A stretch of 64,000 bases of DNA, from NCBI GenBank assembly GCA_965644495.1, contig CBFFSA010000001.1:372001-436000 (forward strand). The letters are read 5' to 3'. Shown piece by piece: positions 22,110-34,672 of the stretch. Under the pieces are notes generated by a model, which was not told the origin of the DNA, made no database searches, and saw nothing but the letters and a program-made list of their open reading frames with translations. Each line of letters starts with the position of its first letter. Within the stretch, counting starts at the first letter, position 1. This stretch comes from Perkinsela sp. CCAP 1560/9 (taxonomy: Eukaryota; Protista; Euglenozoa: Kinetoplastea). The position numbers and the translations under genes are program-made.

Positions 22110-22622
22110 AACCAAATCATTCCGGATTGCTCCGGACGGTCACTGGCAAGCCAGACCCTTCACAGACAGATTTGGAAGTTCCGAGGCCGACGTCCTCTAC
22201 CAGTTTCCGCTTTTCCACGGCGGCACCAACGTGCTGTTGCCAACACGCTGCGTCGACGAATTGTACGTCAACACGGCTTACCCAAGAGGTGTAAGCCGGG
22301 TAAGGGAGCTGGTTCCCTTAGCGGAGGGTCCGGGACGATCCTCCGAGTACTGGGCCCAGAATGTTCTCAGCGCAGCCTCTGAGAGTGAAGCCGCCAGGAA
22401 AAATGCGTTTGAACTCGCCATCTGAGCACCATGTGCTTCAAACTTCGAGTTCTTGCCACTTCGAGTTCGTCGACGCAGCGTGTTGGCAATAGCACGTTGG
22501 TGCCGCCTTGGAAAAGCGGAAACTGGTAGAGGACGTCGGCCTCTGAACTTCCAAATCTGTCTGTGAAGGGTCTGGCTTGCCAGCGAAAGTCTGGAGCAAT
22601 CCGGAATGATTTGTATTGGATT
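22110..22622. mobile_element. Head-to-head SINE-A pair (full - copy plus 5'-truncated + copy); repeated at about 27137-27650 and 32355-32868
   Basis: About 160-bp inverted repeat of the SINE-A 3' half. Confidence 0.8.
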
Positions 22623-22794
22623 TAGTCGATAACTTCCTAAACTTGATGCGATCGGGAAGGCGGTACTTCTGTACCATCATGAGCCTGAATACACCTAGCT
22701 TGCGGACAAACCACGTCTTTGGTTGGGGGGGACAAACTACGTATGGGGGGGCTCCCCCGTGCTACCATGAAAAGTCTTATTTAATAATAAAATG

Positions 22795-22809
22795 AACAAG
22801 GTACAGAAA
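22795..22809 (-). other. SL-exon relic TTTCTGTACCTTGTT (copies at 27948, 33166, 34784)
   Basis: 15-nt match to the SL 3' end defined at 21086-21113 and 38109-38137. Confidence 0.55.
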
Positions 22810-23821
22810 GTCGTCGTCGCTGCGACAATTTGATGTTCATGCGCTCGTTGGCGCAGAGATAAAGCCCTCGATGCGACAGCCGATATCATCGGCACAATCC
22901 GTAATGACGGATGTCGCACCAAGGGGGTTAGCACGGACTCTTTCAAGAACAACAACACTGATATAGATCATTTAAGGAGGTTAAACTGTTTGCCATACTA
23001 ATTTTCACACTTAGGTTAGGTTATCGTCGCAACGTTGCCTTAGGTTAATTAGCCGTGATTATCTTCCTAGCTTTTTTTTTATCTTCCTAGCTGGGCGTGG
23101 CTAGTTTTACTGTCACTACCGAGCTAGTTTGAGATAACTTACCTGAAATTGCGAGACGAGCGGTACACCAGCTTCACGGTATACTAAATTAGTTTTCAAC
23201 CAAACCAACATCAAACACATAAAAAACGAAATGCATCTTGCAGAAAAGAAAAGAAATAAAATCGGACAATATGCTGGCGGGGGGGTGGGGGAGATGGGGT
23301 GGGGGGAGGCTTGGGGGGTTACTCACTGTTTTCTCCTTCATATTTTACAGAAGCCTTAGATAATTCCAACTCCTGGATCTCTTGAGTTGGCATTTTTCGT
23401 TTCGTTTGCATCTTCTTGGGGGTTGAAAATGCTGGTGATAGTTTTGAAGCTGGCAGTTTCTGTTTCTGTGATCTCTTTCGCAGTTTCTTTGGAGCTTCTC
23501 CTGTAGATATGGATCTCTTTTGTTCGTTTGGTAACATTTCTTTATCGGTCTTTGGAAGTGTATTTTTTGCATTTTTCTCCTGGTTGGTTTTTTCTGTTTT
23601 CTGCGACAGAGGAAGACCCCGCTACCAACAACAATGTTAACCCCCCCGCAAAATGGCCCTTGCCCCTCGACAAAAAGGGGGATAAAAAACTGAGTTTCGT
23701 TTTGAGACTAAAAAATCGGGCCTCTCGTCCTCAGTTGAATTTTTTTATCGACTCCCTTAAGAAGGAGAGGAGAAGAAGAAGACACGGAGGGCTAGCCGCT
23801 AGGGTAGAGTCTCCAAAAAAA

Positions 23822-24189
23822 ACCAAATCATTCCGGATTGCTCCGGATGGTCACTGGCAAGCCAGACCCTTCACAGACAGATTTGGAAGTTCCGAGGCCG
23901 ACGTTCTCTACCAGTTTCCGCTTGTCCAAGGCGGCACCAACGTGCTGTTGCCAACACGCTGCGTCGACGAACTGTACGTCAACACGGCTTACCCAAGAGT
24001 TTTAAGCTGGGTAAGGGAGCTGGTTCCCTGAGGGGAGGGTCCGGGACGATCCTCCGAGTACTGGGCCTAGTTGGTTATCAGCCCAGCCTCTTAGAGTGAG
24101 GCCGCCGGGAATATTGCGATGAGCGGGTTTGAACTCGCCTTCTGAGCACCATGTGCTTCAAACTTTGAGTTCTTGCCACTCCGCCACCT
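23822..24189 (-). mobile_element. SINE-A, full length (copies at about 28975-29342 and 35811-36178; partial at 34193-34472)
   Basis: Colinear with 48495-48877. Confidence 0.85.
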
Positions 24190-24194
24190 CCACC

Positions 24195-24630
24195 TCGTCA
24201 CTGAGTGCAGCAACAAAACTGCGTTTGTTTGATTGCCTCGCTTATCCAATCATGACCTTTGGTGCCGCTTCGCTTTCCATATCCAACATAATGCTTCGGC
24301 AAACAGAAGTTGAGCTCAATATGATGCGAAGATTTTGCTATAATTGTGCTAAACTGGACGAGTTTTGACACTGCTACACTATCGAGTGACTTTATTGCGG
24401 CACTCCTCGTTTCTCCACCGTACATCGCGTTAGTCGGGCTAAAATTGTTGGTCACATTCTAAGGCACTCATTCATGTTTCGAGATCTTATTCAGTGGAAA
24501 TGCAGCGATAGGAAACGAAATCCCTCACCAAGCGAAGCTTGCTTTCACGATCTGGACATTACCGAAGAACAAGCCCTCGTATACGCTCAGGATCGAGATC
24601 ACTGGAAAAAGTTACGTGAAGATTTAAAGG
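24195..24630 (+). pseudogene. LINE post-RT fragment (repeated in array units)
   Basis: LSAATKLRLFD...SPSEACFHDLDITEEQALVYAQDRDHW, homologous to the 13054-13491 region. Confidence 0.8.
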
Positions 24631-25027
24631 TACCCACTCGCACCATTATCTGTCATAAACGCGGCACCCTTATCTGCCATAGAAACTCGCACCCTTATCT
24701 GTCATACAGCACCCTTGTCTGTCATAATGCACCCTTATCTGTCATATAAGCCGCACCCTTATCTGTCATAAACCGATTAAAAAGAAGTCGACCCCTTCAA
24801 AAAAATTTCAAGGCCTAAAAAAAATTTCAACCCCTAAAAAAAAATCGACCCCTAAAAAAAAATTTCAACACCTTCCAAAAATTTACAATTTTGCCACACA
24901 GTTAACATAAAAAATAGGTAACCTCAATTGTGCTCCCGGTGAGGCCCCGGAGTTGCGAGAGGCCTCCATACCCCACAACTACCACCTTCCCCCCCTATTT
25001 AGCGGGGGTCGCGCGAGCGACCCCTGC

Positions 25028-25141
25028 TCCTCTTCCTCTTTCTTCCTCTTTCTTCCTCTTTCTTCCTCTTTCTTCCTCTTTCTTCCTCTTTCTTCCTCTT
25101 TCTTCCTCTTTCTTCCTCTTTCTTCCTCTTTCTTCCTCTTT
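25028..25141. repeat. 10-bp pyrimidine repeat (TCTTCCTCTT)n, copy number variable between units
   Basis: About 11 copies here, about 12 at 30161-30283, about 3 at 37015-37049. Confidence 0.9.
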
Positions 25142-25404
25142 GCTCCTTGTTTAGGGTGACACTAATCTGTTGCTGGCTGTATCGCCGTTCCAGAAGGCTG
25201 GTCACTAGTCCAATTACTTCGCCGTCTACTTTCCGGTGGCGGACCAAGCGCTTTGACATTGTATTCTTCGCCGTTCGTTCGGCCAAGCGAGGGTCATACA
25301 CGTAGCACTCGAACCGCTCCCGGATTACGAAAGACTCTCTTCTCCTAGATGGAAAAGTAAACATGCCTACGCCTTGAAGCAAGATACGCCTTACGATTTC
25401 CAAT

Positions 25405-25827
25405 TTGTCGAAGAAAGTTCTGATCCTTCCAGTAAAAGATGGTGAGGTTCACTTCTATATTGATGGTTCAGTCCGTGCCTTGCGGGTGACAAACGAGATC
25501 AGAGCAGGTGCTGGAATTGTTGTGCTTCAACGGTGGACAACCGATAAATGTTTTTCCTTAACACTAGATGTTGATAGTGCCGAGCAAGCTGAGGCTGAAT
25601 CTTTCCGAGAGGCGCTTAAAAGAATACCGGGCGGAGCAAAAGATATCGTAGTACACACAGATTCATTCTATGCGTGGCACTTCTTTCATCATGTTCGCAT
25701 TCGAAGACGGGTAATAGGGTATGACGGCAGCGTCAACAGAAACATTCTACAAGATATAGAGCATCAGGTGCGGAAACTAAAATCTCAGAATGTTAATTTG
25801 TATGTGTGCAAAGTTAAATCTCATAAT
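25405..25827 (+). pseudogene. LINE RNase H domain truncated at KVKSHN by a SINE-A tail (copy at 30548-30970)
   Basis: FYIDGS, AEQAEAES, HTDS, KVKSHN. Confidence 0.85.
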
Positions 25828-26067
25828 CCAAAATCCAAATCATTCCGGATCGCTCCGGATGTCCAAGGCGGCACCAACGTGCTGTTGCCAACACGCTGCG
25901 TCGACGAATTGTACGTCAACACGGCTTACCCAAGAGGTGTAAGCCGGGTAAGGGAGCTGGTTCCCTGAGGGGAGGGTCCGGGACGATCCTCCGAGTACTG
26001 GGCCTAGTTGGTTATCAGCCCAGCCTCTTAGAGTGAGGCCGCCGGGGATATTGCGATGAGCGGGTTT

Positions 26068-26497
26068 GAAGAAGAAGAAGAAGAAGAAGACACGGAGGGC
26101 TCTGCAGCGCCAACCGTTAGGGTAGAGTCTCAGGCCACCGACCTTCATCGTGTTGCTACCCCCTTCCCAGACGGCACTCGACGCCTTGCGGCCCGAGCAC
26201 GGCTACCCAACCGTAGCTACCAGGACGGGCGTCCACCCCGTTGCATCGTGTAGGCTGTGTCTCAAGCCTCCTTTGCGTAAGCATCTCGCAATTTATCGGC
26301 TGCGCTGGAGCCTGGTTCAGCTCGGCGGTTCCGGGTCGGTCCTCCAGGGGAGCGGGGTTGGGTGTGGGCCTTGAAGGCACTCCTGATCGCTTTCCCTTTG
26401 CAGTGAGGCCGCCAGGTTGCGAGTTTTGTCGATAGCGGGAATCGAACCCACAACCTGCAGGTTGTAAGGCCCACCGTCTAACAACTACGCGAGCACT
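26068..26497 (-). mobile_element. SINE-B nested in the B-box of SINE-A
   Basis: TSD GCGGGTTT on both sides. Confidence 0.85.
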
Positions 26498-29400
26498 GCG
26501 GGTTTAAACTCGCCGTCTGAGCACCATGTGCTTCAAACTTTGAATTCTTGCCCCTCCGCCACCTCCGCCCCTTGCAAGACCTCCGCCCCTTAGCCTGGTG
26601 CAAGATGTTTTTGAAAAGCTTCTGGTGAATATGTTAGTTTTGTGGAGACCGCCAAAGTGTTTTATGGGTAGGAGAAATTTGTGAAGCTTTCAACTGGGAC
26701 ATATTAATTTATTATCCCAGTGATGGTTGGTGGTTGGTCGGGTTTCTATTCTTCTCTTCTTCTTTTTGGGTTTATGCCTCGACCAATTGTACGCCAACAC
26801 GGCTCACCCAAGAAGTGTGAGCCCGGTAAGGGAGCTGGTTCCCCGATAGGAAGGTCCGGGACGGTCCTCCGAGTACTTGACCTAGTCGGTTATCAGCCCA
26901 GCCTCTTAGAGTGAAGACGCCGGGCATTCTTCTTCAATTTTACATCCCCCCCGAAAAAGGGCCCTTGCCCCTCGACAAAAAGGGGCATGTAAAACTGAGT
27001 TTCGTTTTGCGACAAAAAAAATCGGGCCTCTCGCCATCATTTGAATTTTTTTATCCACCCCCTTAAGAAGAAGAAGAAGAAGAAGACACGGATGGCTCTG
27101 CAGAGCTAGCCGCTAGGGTAGAGTCTCCAAAAAAAAACCAAATCATTCCGGATTGCTCCGGACGGTCACTGGCAAGCCAGACCCTTCACAGACAAATTTG
27201 GAAGTTCCGAGGCCGACGTCCTCTACCAGTTTCCGCTTTTCCAAGGCGGCACCAACGTGCTGTTGCCAACACGCTGCGTCGACGAATTGTACGTCAACAC
27301 GGCTTACCCAAGAGGTGTAAGCCGGGTAAGGGAGCTGGTTCCCTTAGCGGAGGGTCCGGGACGATCCTCCGAGTACTGGGCCCAGAATGTTCTCAGCGCA
27401 GCCTCTGAGAGTGAAGCCGCCAGGAAAAATGCGTTTGAACTCGCCATCTGAGCACCATGTGCTTCAAACTTCGAGTTCTTGCCACTTCGAGTTCGTCGAC
27501 GCAGCGTGTTGGCAATAGCACGTTGGTGCCGCCATGGAAAAGCGGAAACTGGTAGAGGACGTCGGCCTCTGAACTTCCAAATCTGTCTGTGAAGGGTCTG
27601 GCTTGCCAGCGACCGTCTGGAGCAATCCGGAATGATTTGTATTGGATTTAGTCGATAAGAGGGGTTTTGCCCATATGAACGACGTATGAACTAAGAAACG
27701 AATGGGCGAGAAAGAACCAAAATTTACCCCCTCACCTGCAACCCAAAGTGTGGAAAAACTTAATCCGTTAGGCCGAGCATAGGAACTTCCTAAACTTGAT
27801 GCGATCGGGAAGGCGGTACTTCTGTACCATCATGAGCCTGAATACACCTAGCTTGCGGACAAACCACGTCTTTGGTTGGGGGGGACAAACTACGTATGGG
27901 GGGGCTCCCCCGTGCTGCCATGAAAAGTCTTATTTAATAATAAAATGAACAAGGTACAGAAAGTCGTCGTCGCTGCGACAATTTGATGTTCATGCGCTCG
28001 TTGGCGCAGAGATACAGCCCTCGATGCGACAGCCGATATCATCGGCACAATCCGTAATGACGGATGTCGCACCAAGGGGGTTAGCACGGACTCTTTCAAG
28101 AACAACAACACTGATATAGATCATTTAAGGAGGTTAAACTGTTTGCCATACTAATTTTCACACTTAGGTTAGGTTATCGTCGCAACGTTGCCTTAGGTTA
28201 ATTAGCCGTGATTATCTTCCTAGCTTTTTTTTTATCTTCCTAGATGGGCGTGGCTAGTTTTACTGTTACTACCTAGCTAGTTTGAGACAACTTACCTGAA
28301 ATTGCGAGACGAGCGGTACACCAGCTTCACGGTATACTAAATTAGTTTTCAACCAAACCAACATCAAACACATAAAAAACGAAATGCATCTTGCAGAAAA
28401 GAAAAGAAATAAAATCGGACAATATGCTGGCGGGGGGGTGGGGGAGATGGGGTGGGGGGAGGCTTGGGGGGTTACTCACTGTTTTCTCCTTCATATTTTA
28501 CAGAAGCCTTAGATAATTCCAACTCCTGGATCTCTTGAGTTGGCATTTTTCGTTTCGTTTGCATCTTCTTGGGGGTTGAAAATGCTGGTGATAGTTTTGA
28601 AGCTGGCAGTTTCTGTTTCTGTGATCTCTTTCGCAGTTTCTTTGGAGCTTCTCCTGTAGATATGGATCTCTTTTGTTCGTTTGGTAACATTTCTTTATCG
28701 GTCTTTGGAAGTGTATTTTTTGCATTTTTCTCCTGGTTGGTTTTTTCTGTTTTCTGCGACAGAGGAAGACCCCGCTACCAACAACAATGTTAACCCCCCC
28801 GCAAAATGGCCCTTGCCCCTCGACAAAAAGGGGGATAAAAAACTGAGTTTCGTTTTGAGACTAAAAAATCGGGCCTCTCGTCCTCAGTTGAATTTTTTTA
28901 TCGACTCCCTTAAGAAGGAGAGGAGAAGAAGAAGACACGGAGGGCTAGCCGCTAGGGTAGAGTCTCCAAAAAAAACCAAATCATTCCGGATTGCTCCGGA
29001 TGGTCACTGGCAAGCCAGACCCTTCACAGACAGATTTGGAAGTTCCGAGGCCGACGTTCTCTACCAGTTTCCGCTTGTCCAAGGCGGCACCAACGTGCTG
29101 TTGCCAACACGCTGCGTCGACGAACTGTACGTCAACACGGCTTACCCAAGAGTTTTAAGCTGGGTAAGGGAGCTGGTTCCCTGAGGGGAGGGTCCGGGAC
29201 GATCCTCCGAGTACTGGGCCTAGTTGGTTATCAGCCCAGCCTCTTAGAGTGAGGCCGCCGGGAATATTGCGATGAGCGGGTTTGAACTCGCCTTCTGAGC
29301 ACCATGTGCTTCAAACTTTGAGTTCTTGCCACTCCGCCACCTCCACCTCGTCACTGAGTGCAGCAACAAAACTGCGTTTGTTTGATTGCCTCGCTTATCC

Positions 29401-31285
29401 AATCATGACCTTTGGTGCCGCTTCGCTTTCCATATCCAACATAATGCTTCGGCAAACAGAAGTTGAGCTCAATATGATGCGAAGATTTTGCTATAATTGT
29501 GCTAAACTGGACGAGTTTTGACACTGCTACACTATCGAGTGACTTTATTGCGGCACTCCTCGTTTCTCCACCGTACATCGCGTTAGTCGGGCTAAAATTG
29601 TTGGTCACATTCTAAGGCACTCATTCATGTTTCGAGATCTTATTCAGTGGAAATGCAGCGATAGGAAACGAAATCCCTCACCAAGCGAAGCTTGCTTTCA
29701 CGATCTGGACATTACCGAAGAACAAGCCCTCGTATACGCTCAGGATCGAGATCACTGGAAAAAGTTACGTGAAGATTTAAAGGTACCCACTCGCACCATT
29801 ATCTGTCATAAACGCGGCACCCTTATCTGCCATAGAAACTCGCACCCTTATCTGTCATACAGCACCCTTATCTGTCATATAAGCCGCACCCTTATCTGTC
29901 ATAAACCGATTAAAAAGAAGTCGACCCCTTCAAAAAAATTTCAAGGCCTAAAAAAGATTTCAACCCCTAAAAAAAAATCGACCCCTAAAAAAAAATTTCA
30001 ACACCTTCCAAAAATTTACAATTTTGCCACACAGTTAACATAAAAAATAGGTAACCTCAATTGTGCTCCCGGTGAGGCCCCGGAGTTGCGAGAGGCCTCC
30101 ATACCCCACAACTACCACCTTCCCCCCCTATTTAGCGGGGGTCGCGCGAGCGACCCCTGCTCCTCTTCCTCTTTCTTCCTCTTTCTTCCTCTTTCTTCCT
30201 CTTTCTTCCTCTTTCTTCCTCTTTCTTCCTCTTTCTTCCTCTTTCTTCCTCTTTCTTCCTCTTTCTTCCTCTTTCTTCCTCTTTGCTCCTTGTTTAGGGT
30301 GACACTAATCTGTTGCTGGCTGTATCGCCGTTCCAGAAGGCTGGTCACTAGTCCAATTACTTCGCCGTCTACTTTCCGGTGGCGGACCAAGCGCTTTGAC
30401 ATTGTATTCTTCGCCGTTCGTTCGGCCAAGCGAGGGTCATACACGTAGCACTCGAACCGCTCCCGGATTACGAAAGACTCTCTTCTCCTAGATGGAAAAG
30501 TAAACATGCCTACGCCTTGAAGCAAGATACGCCTTACGATTTCCAATTTGTCGAAGAAAGTTCTGATCCTTCCAGTAAAAGATGGTGAGGTTCACTTCTA
30601 TATTGATGGTTCAGTCCGTGCCTTGCGGGTGACAAACGAGATCAGAGCAGGTGCTGGAATTGTTGTGCTTCAACGGTGGACAACCGATAAATGTTTTTCC
30701 TTAACACTAGATGTTGATAGTGCCGAGCAAGCTGAGGCTGAATCTTTCCGAGAGGCGCTTAAAAGAATACCGGGCGGAGCAAAAGATATCGTAGTACACA
30801 CAGATTCATTCTATGCGTGGCACTTCTTTCATCATGTTCGCATTCGAAGACGGGTAATAGGGTATGACGGCAGCGTCAACAGAAACATTCTACAAGATAT
30901 AGAGCATCAGGTGCGGAAACTAAAATCTCAGAATGTTAATTTGTATGTGTGCAAAGTTAAATCTCATAATCCAAAATCCAAATCATTCCGGATCGCTCCG
31001 GATGGTCACTGGCAAGCCAGGCCCTTCACAGACAGATTTGGAAGTTCCGAGGCCGACGTCCTCTACCAGTTTCCGCTTTTCCAAGGCGGCACCAACGTGC
31101 TGTTGCCAACACGCTGCGTCGACGAATTGTACGTCAACACGGCTTACCCAAGAGGTGTAAGCCGGGTAAGGGAGCTGGTTCCCTGAGGGGAGGGTCCGGG
31201 ACGATCCTCCGAGTACTGGGCCTAGTTGGTTATCAGCCCAGCCTCTTAGAGTGAGGCCGCCGGGGATATTGCGATGAGCGGGTTT

Positions 31286-31715
31286 GAAGAAGAAGAAGAA
31301 GAAGAAGACACGGAGGGCTCTGCAGCGCCAACCGTTAGGGTAGAGTCTCAGGCCACCGACCTTCATCGTGTTGCTACCCCCTTCCCAGAAGGCACTCGAC
31401 GCCTTGCGGCCCGAGCACGGCTACCCAACCGTAGCTACCAGGACGGGCGTCCACCCCGTTGCATCGTGTAGGCTGTGTCTCAAGCCTCCTTTGCGTAAGC
31501 ATCTCGCAATTTATCGGCTGCGCTGGAGCCTGGTTCAGCTCGGCGGTTCCGGGCCGGTCCTCCAGGGGAGCGGGGTTGGGTGTGGGCCTTGAAGGCACTC
31601 CTGATCGCTTTCCCTTTGCAGTGAGGCCGCCAGGTTGCGAGTTTTGTCGATAGCGGGAATCGAACCCACAACCTGCAGGTTGTAAGGCCCACCGTCTAAC
31701 AACTACGCGAGCACC
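31286..31715 (-). mobile_element. SINE-B nested in SINE-A (array copy)
   Basis: As 26068-26497, offset 5218. Confidence 0.85.
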
Positions 31716-34472
31716 GCGGGTTTAAACTCGCCGTCTGAGCACCATGTGCTTCAAACTTTGAATTCTTGCCCCTCCGCCACCTCCGCCCCTTGCAAGACCT
31801 CCGCCCCTTAGCCTGGTGCAAGATGTTTTTGAAAAGCTTCTGGTGAATATGTTAGTTTTGTGGAGACCGCCAAAGTGTTTTATGGGTAGGAGAAATTTGT
31901 GAAGCTTTCAACTGGGACATATTAATTTATTATCCCAGTGATGGTTGGTGGTTGGTCGGGTTTCTATTCTTCTCTTCTTCTTTTTGGGTTTATGCCTCGA
32001 CCAATTGTACGCCAACACGGCTCACCCAAGAAGTGTGAGCCCGGTAAGGGAGCTGGTTCCCCGATAGGAAGGTCCGGGACGGTCCTCCGAGTACTTGACC
32101 TAGTCGGTTATCAGCCCAGCCTCTTAGAGTGAAGACGCCGGGCATTCTTCTTCAATTTTACATCCCCCCCGAAAAAGGGCCCTTGCCCCTCGACAAAAAG
32201 GGGCATGTAAAACTGAGTTTCGTTTTGCGACAAAAAAAATCGGGCCTCTCGCCATCATTTGAATTTTTTTATCCACCCCCTTAAGAAGAAGAAGAAGAAG
32301 AAGACACGGATGGCTCTGCAGAGCTAGCCGCTAGGGTAGAGTCTCCAAAAAAAAACCAAATCATTCCGGATTGCTCCGGACGGTCACTGGCAAGCCAGAC
32401 CCTTCACAGACAAATTTGGAAGTTCCGAGGCCGACGTCCTCTACCAGTTTCCGCTTTTCCAAGGCGGCACCAACGTGCTGTTGCCAACACGCTGCGTCGA
32501 CGAATTGTACGTCAACACGGCTTACCCAAGAGGTGTAAGCCGGGTAAGGGAGCTGGTTCCCTTAGCGGAGGGTCCGGGACGATCCTCCGAGTACTGGGCC
32601 CAGAATGTTCTCAGCGCAGCCTCTGAGAGTGAAGCCGCCAGGAAAAATGCGTTTGAACTCGCCATCTGAGCACCATGTGCTTCAAACTTCGAGTTCTTGC
32701 CACTTCGAGTTCGTCGACGCAGCGTGTTGGCAATAGCACGTTGGTGCCGCCTTGGAAAAGCGGAAACTGGTAGAGGACGTCGGCCTCTGAACTTCCAAAT
32801 CTGTCTGTGAAGGGTCTGGCTTGCCAGCGACCGTCTGGAGCAATCCGGAATGATTTGTATTGGATTTAGTCGATAAGAGGGGTTTTGCCCATATGAACGA
32901 CGTATGAACTAAGAAACGAATGGGCGAGAAAGAACCAAAATTTACCCCCTCACCTGCAACCCAAAGTGTGGAAAAACTTAATCCGTTAGGCCGAGCATAG
33001 GAACTTCCTAAACTTGATGCGATCGGGAAGGCGGTACTTCTGTACCATCATGAGCCTGAATACACCGAGCTTGCGGACAAACCACGTCTTTGGTTGGGGG
33101 GGACAAACTACGTATGGGGGGGCTCCCCCGTGCTGCCATGAAAAGTCTTATTTAATAATAAAATGAACAAGGTACAGAAAGTCGTCGTCGCTGCGACAAT
33201 TTGATGTTCATGCGCTCGTTGGCGCAGAGATACAGCCCTCGATGCGACAGCCGATATCATCGGCACAATCCGTAATGACGGATGTCGCACCAAGGGGGTT
33301 AGCACGGACTCTTTCAAGAACAACAACACTGATATAGATCATTTAAGGAGGTTAAACTGTTTGCCATACTAATTTTCACACTTAGGTTAGGTTATCGTCG
33401 CAACGTTGCCTTAGGTTAATTAGCCGTGATTATCTTCCTAGCTTTTTTTTTATCTTCCTAGATGGGCGTGGCTAGTTTTACTGTTACTACCTAGCTAGTT
33501 TGAGACAACTTACCTGAAATTGCGAGACGAGCGGTACACCAGCTTCACGGTATACTAAATTAGTTTTCAACCAAACCAACATCAAACACATAAAAAACGA
33601 AATGCATCTTGCAGAAAAGAAAAGAAATAAAATCGGACAATATGCTGGCGGGGGGGTGGGGGAGATGGGGTGGGGGGAGGCTGGGGGGGTTACTCACTGT
33701 TTTCTCCTTCATATTTTACAGAAGCCTTAGATAATTCCAACTCCTGGATCTCTTGAGTTGGCATTTTTCGTTTCGTTTGCATCTTCTTGGGGGTTGAAAA
33801 TGCTGGTGATAGTTTTGAAGCTGGCAGTTTCTGTTTCTGTGATCTCTTTCGCAGTTTCTTTGGAGCTTCTCCTGTAGATATGGATCTCTTTTGTTCGTTT
33901 GGTAACATTTCTTTATCGGTCTTTGGAAGTGTATTTTTTGCATTTTTCTCCTGGTTGGTTTTTTCTGTTTTCTGCGACAGAGGAAGACCCCGCTACCAAC
34001 AACAATGTTAACCCCCCCGCAAAATGGCCCTTGCCCCTCGACAAAAAGGGGGATAAAAAACTGAGTTTCGTTTTGAGACTAAAAAATCGGGCCTCTCGTC
34101 CTCAGTTGAATTTTTTTATCGACTCCCTTAAGAAGGAGAGGAGAAGAAGAAGACACGGAGGGCTAGCCGCTAGGGTAGAGTCTCCAAAAAAAACCAAATC
34201 ATTCCGGATTGCTCCGGATGGTCACTGGCAAGCCAGACCCTTCACAGACAGATTTGGAAGTTCCGAGGCCGACGTCCTCTACCAGTTTCCGCTTGTCCAA
34301 GGCGGCACCAACGTGCTGTTGCCAACACGCTGCGTCGACGAACTGTACGTCAACACGGCTTACCCAAGAGGTGTAAGCCGGGTAAGGGAGCTGGTTCCCT
34401 GAGGGGAGGGTCCGGGACGGTCCTCCGAGTACTGGGCCTAGTCGGTTATCAGCCCAGCCTCTTAGAGTGAGG

Positions 34473-34672
34473 NNNNNNNNNNNNNNNNNNNNNNNNNNNN
34501 NNNNNNNNNNNNNNNNNNNNNNNNNNNNNNNNNNNNNNNNNNNNNNNNNNNNNNNNNNNNNNNNNNNNNNNNNNNNNNNNNNNNNNNNNNNNNNNNNNNN
34601 NNNNNNNNNNNNNNNNNNNNNNNNNNNNNNNNNNNNNNNNNNNNNNNNNNNNNNNNNNNNNNNNNNNNNNNN
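34473..34672. other. Assembly gap (200 N) inside the tandem array
   Basis: Run of N. Confidence 1.

Noticed and set aside
23011-23046. Telomeric repeat (TTAGG)
   Set aside because: Only 2-3 scattered units, within a LINE 3' UTR
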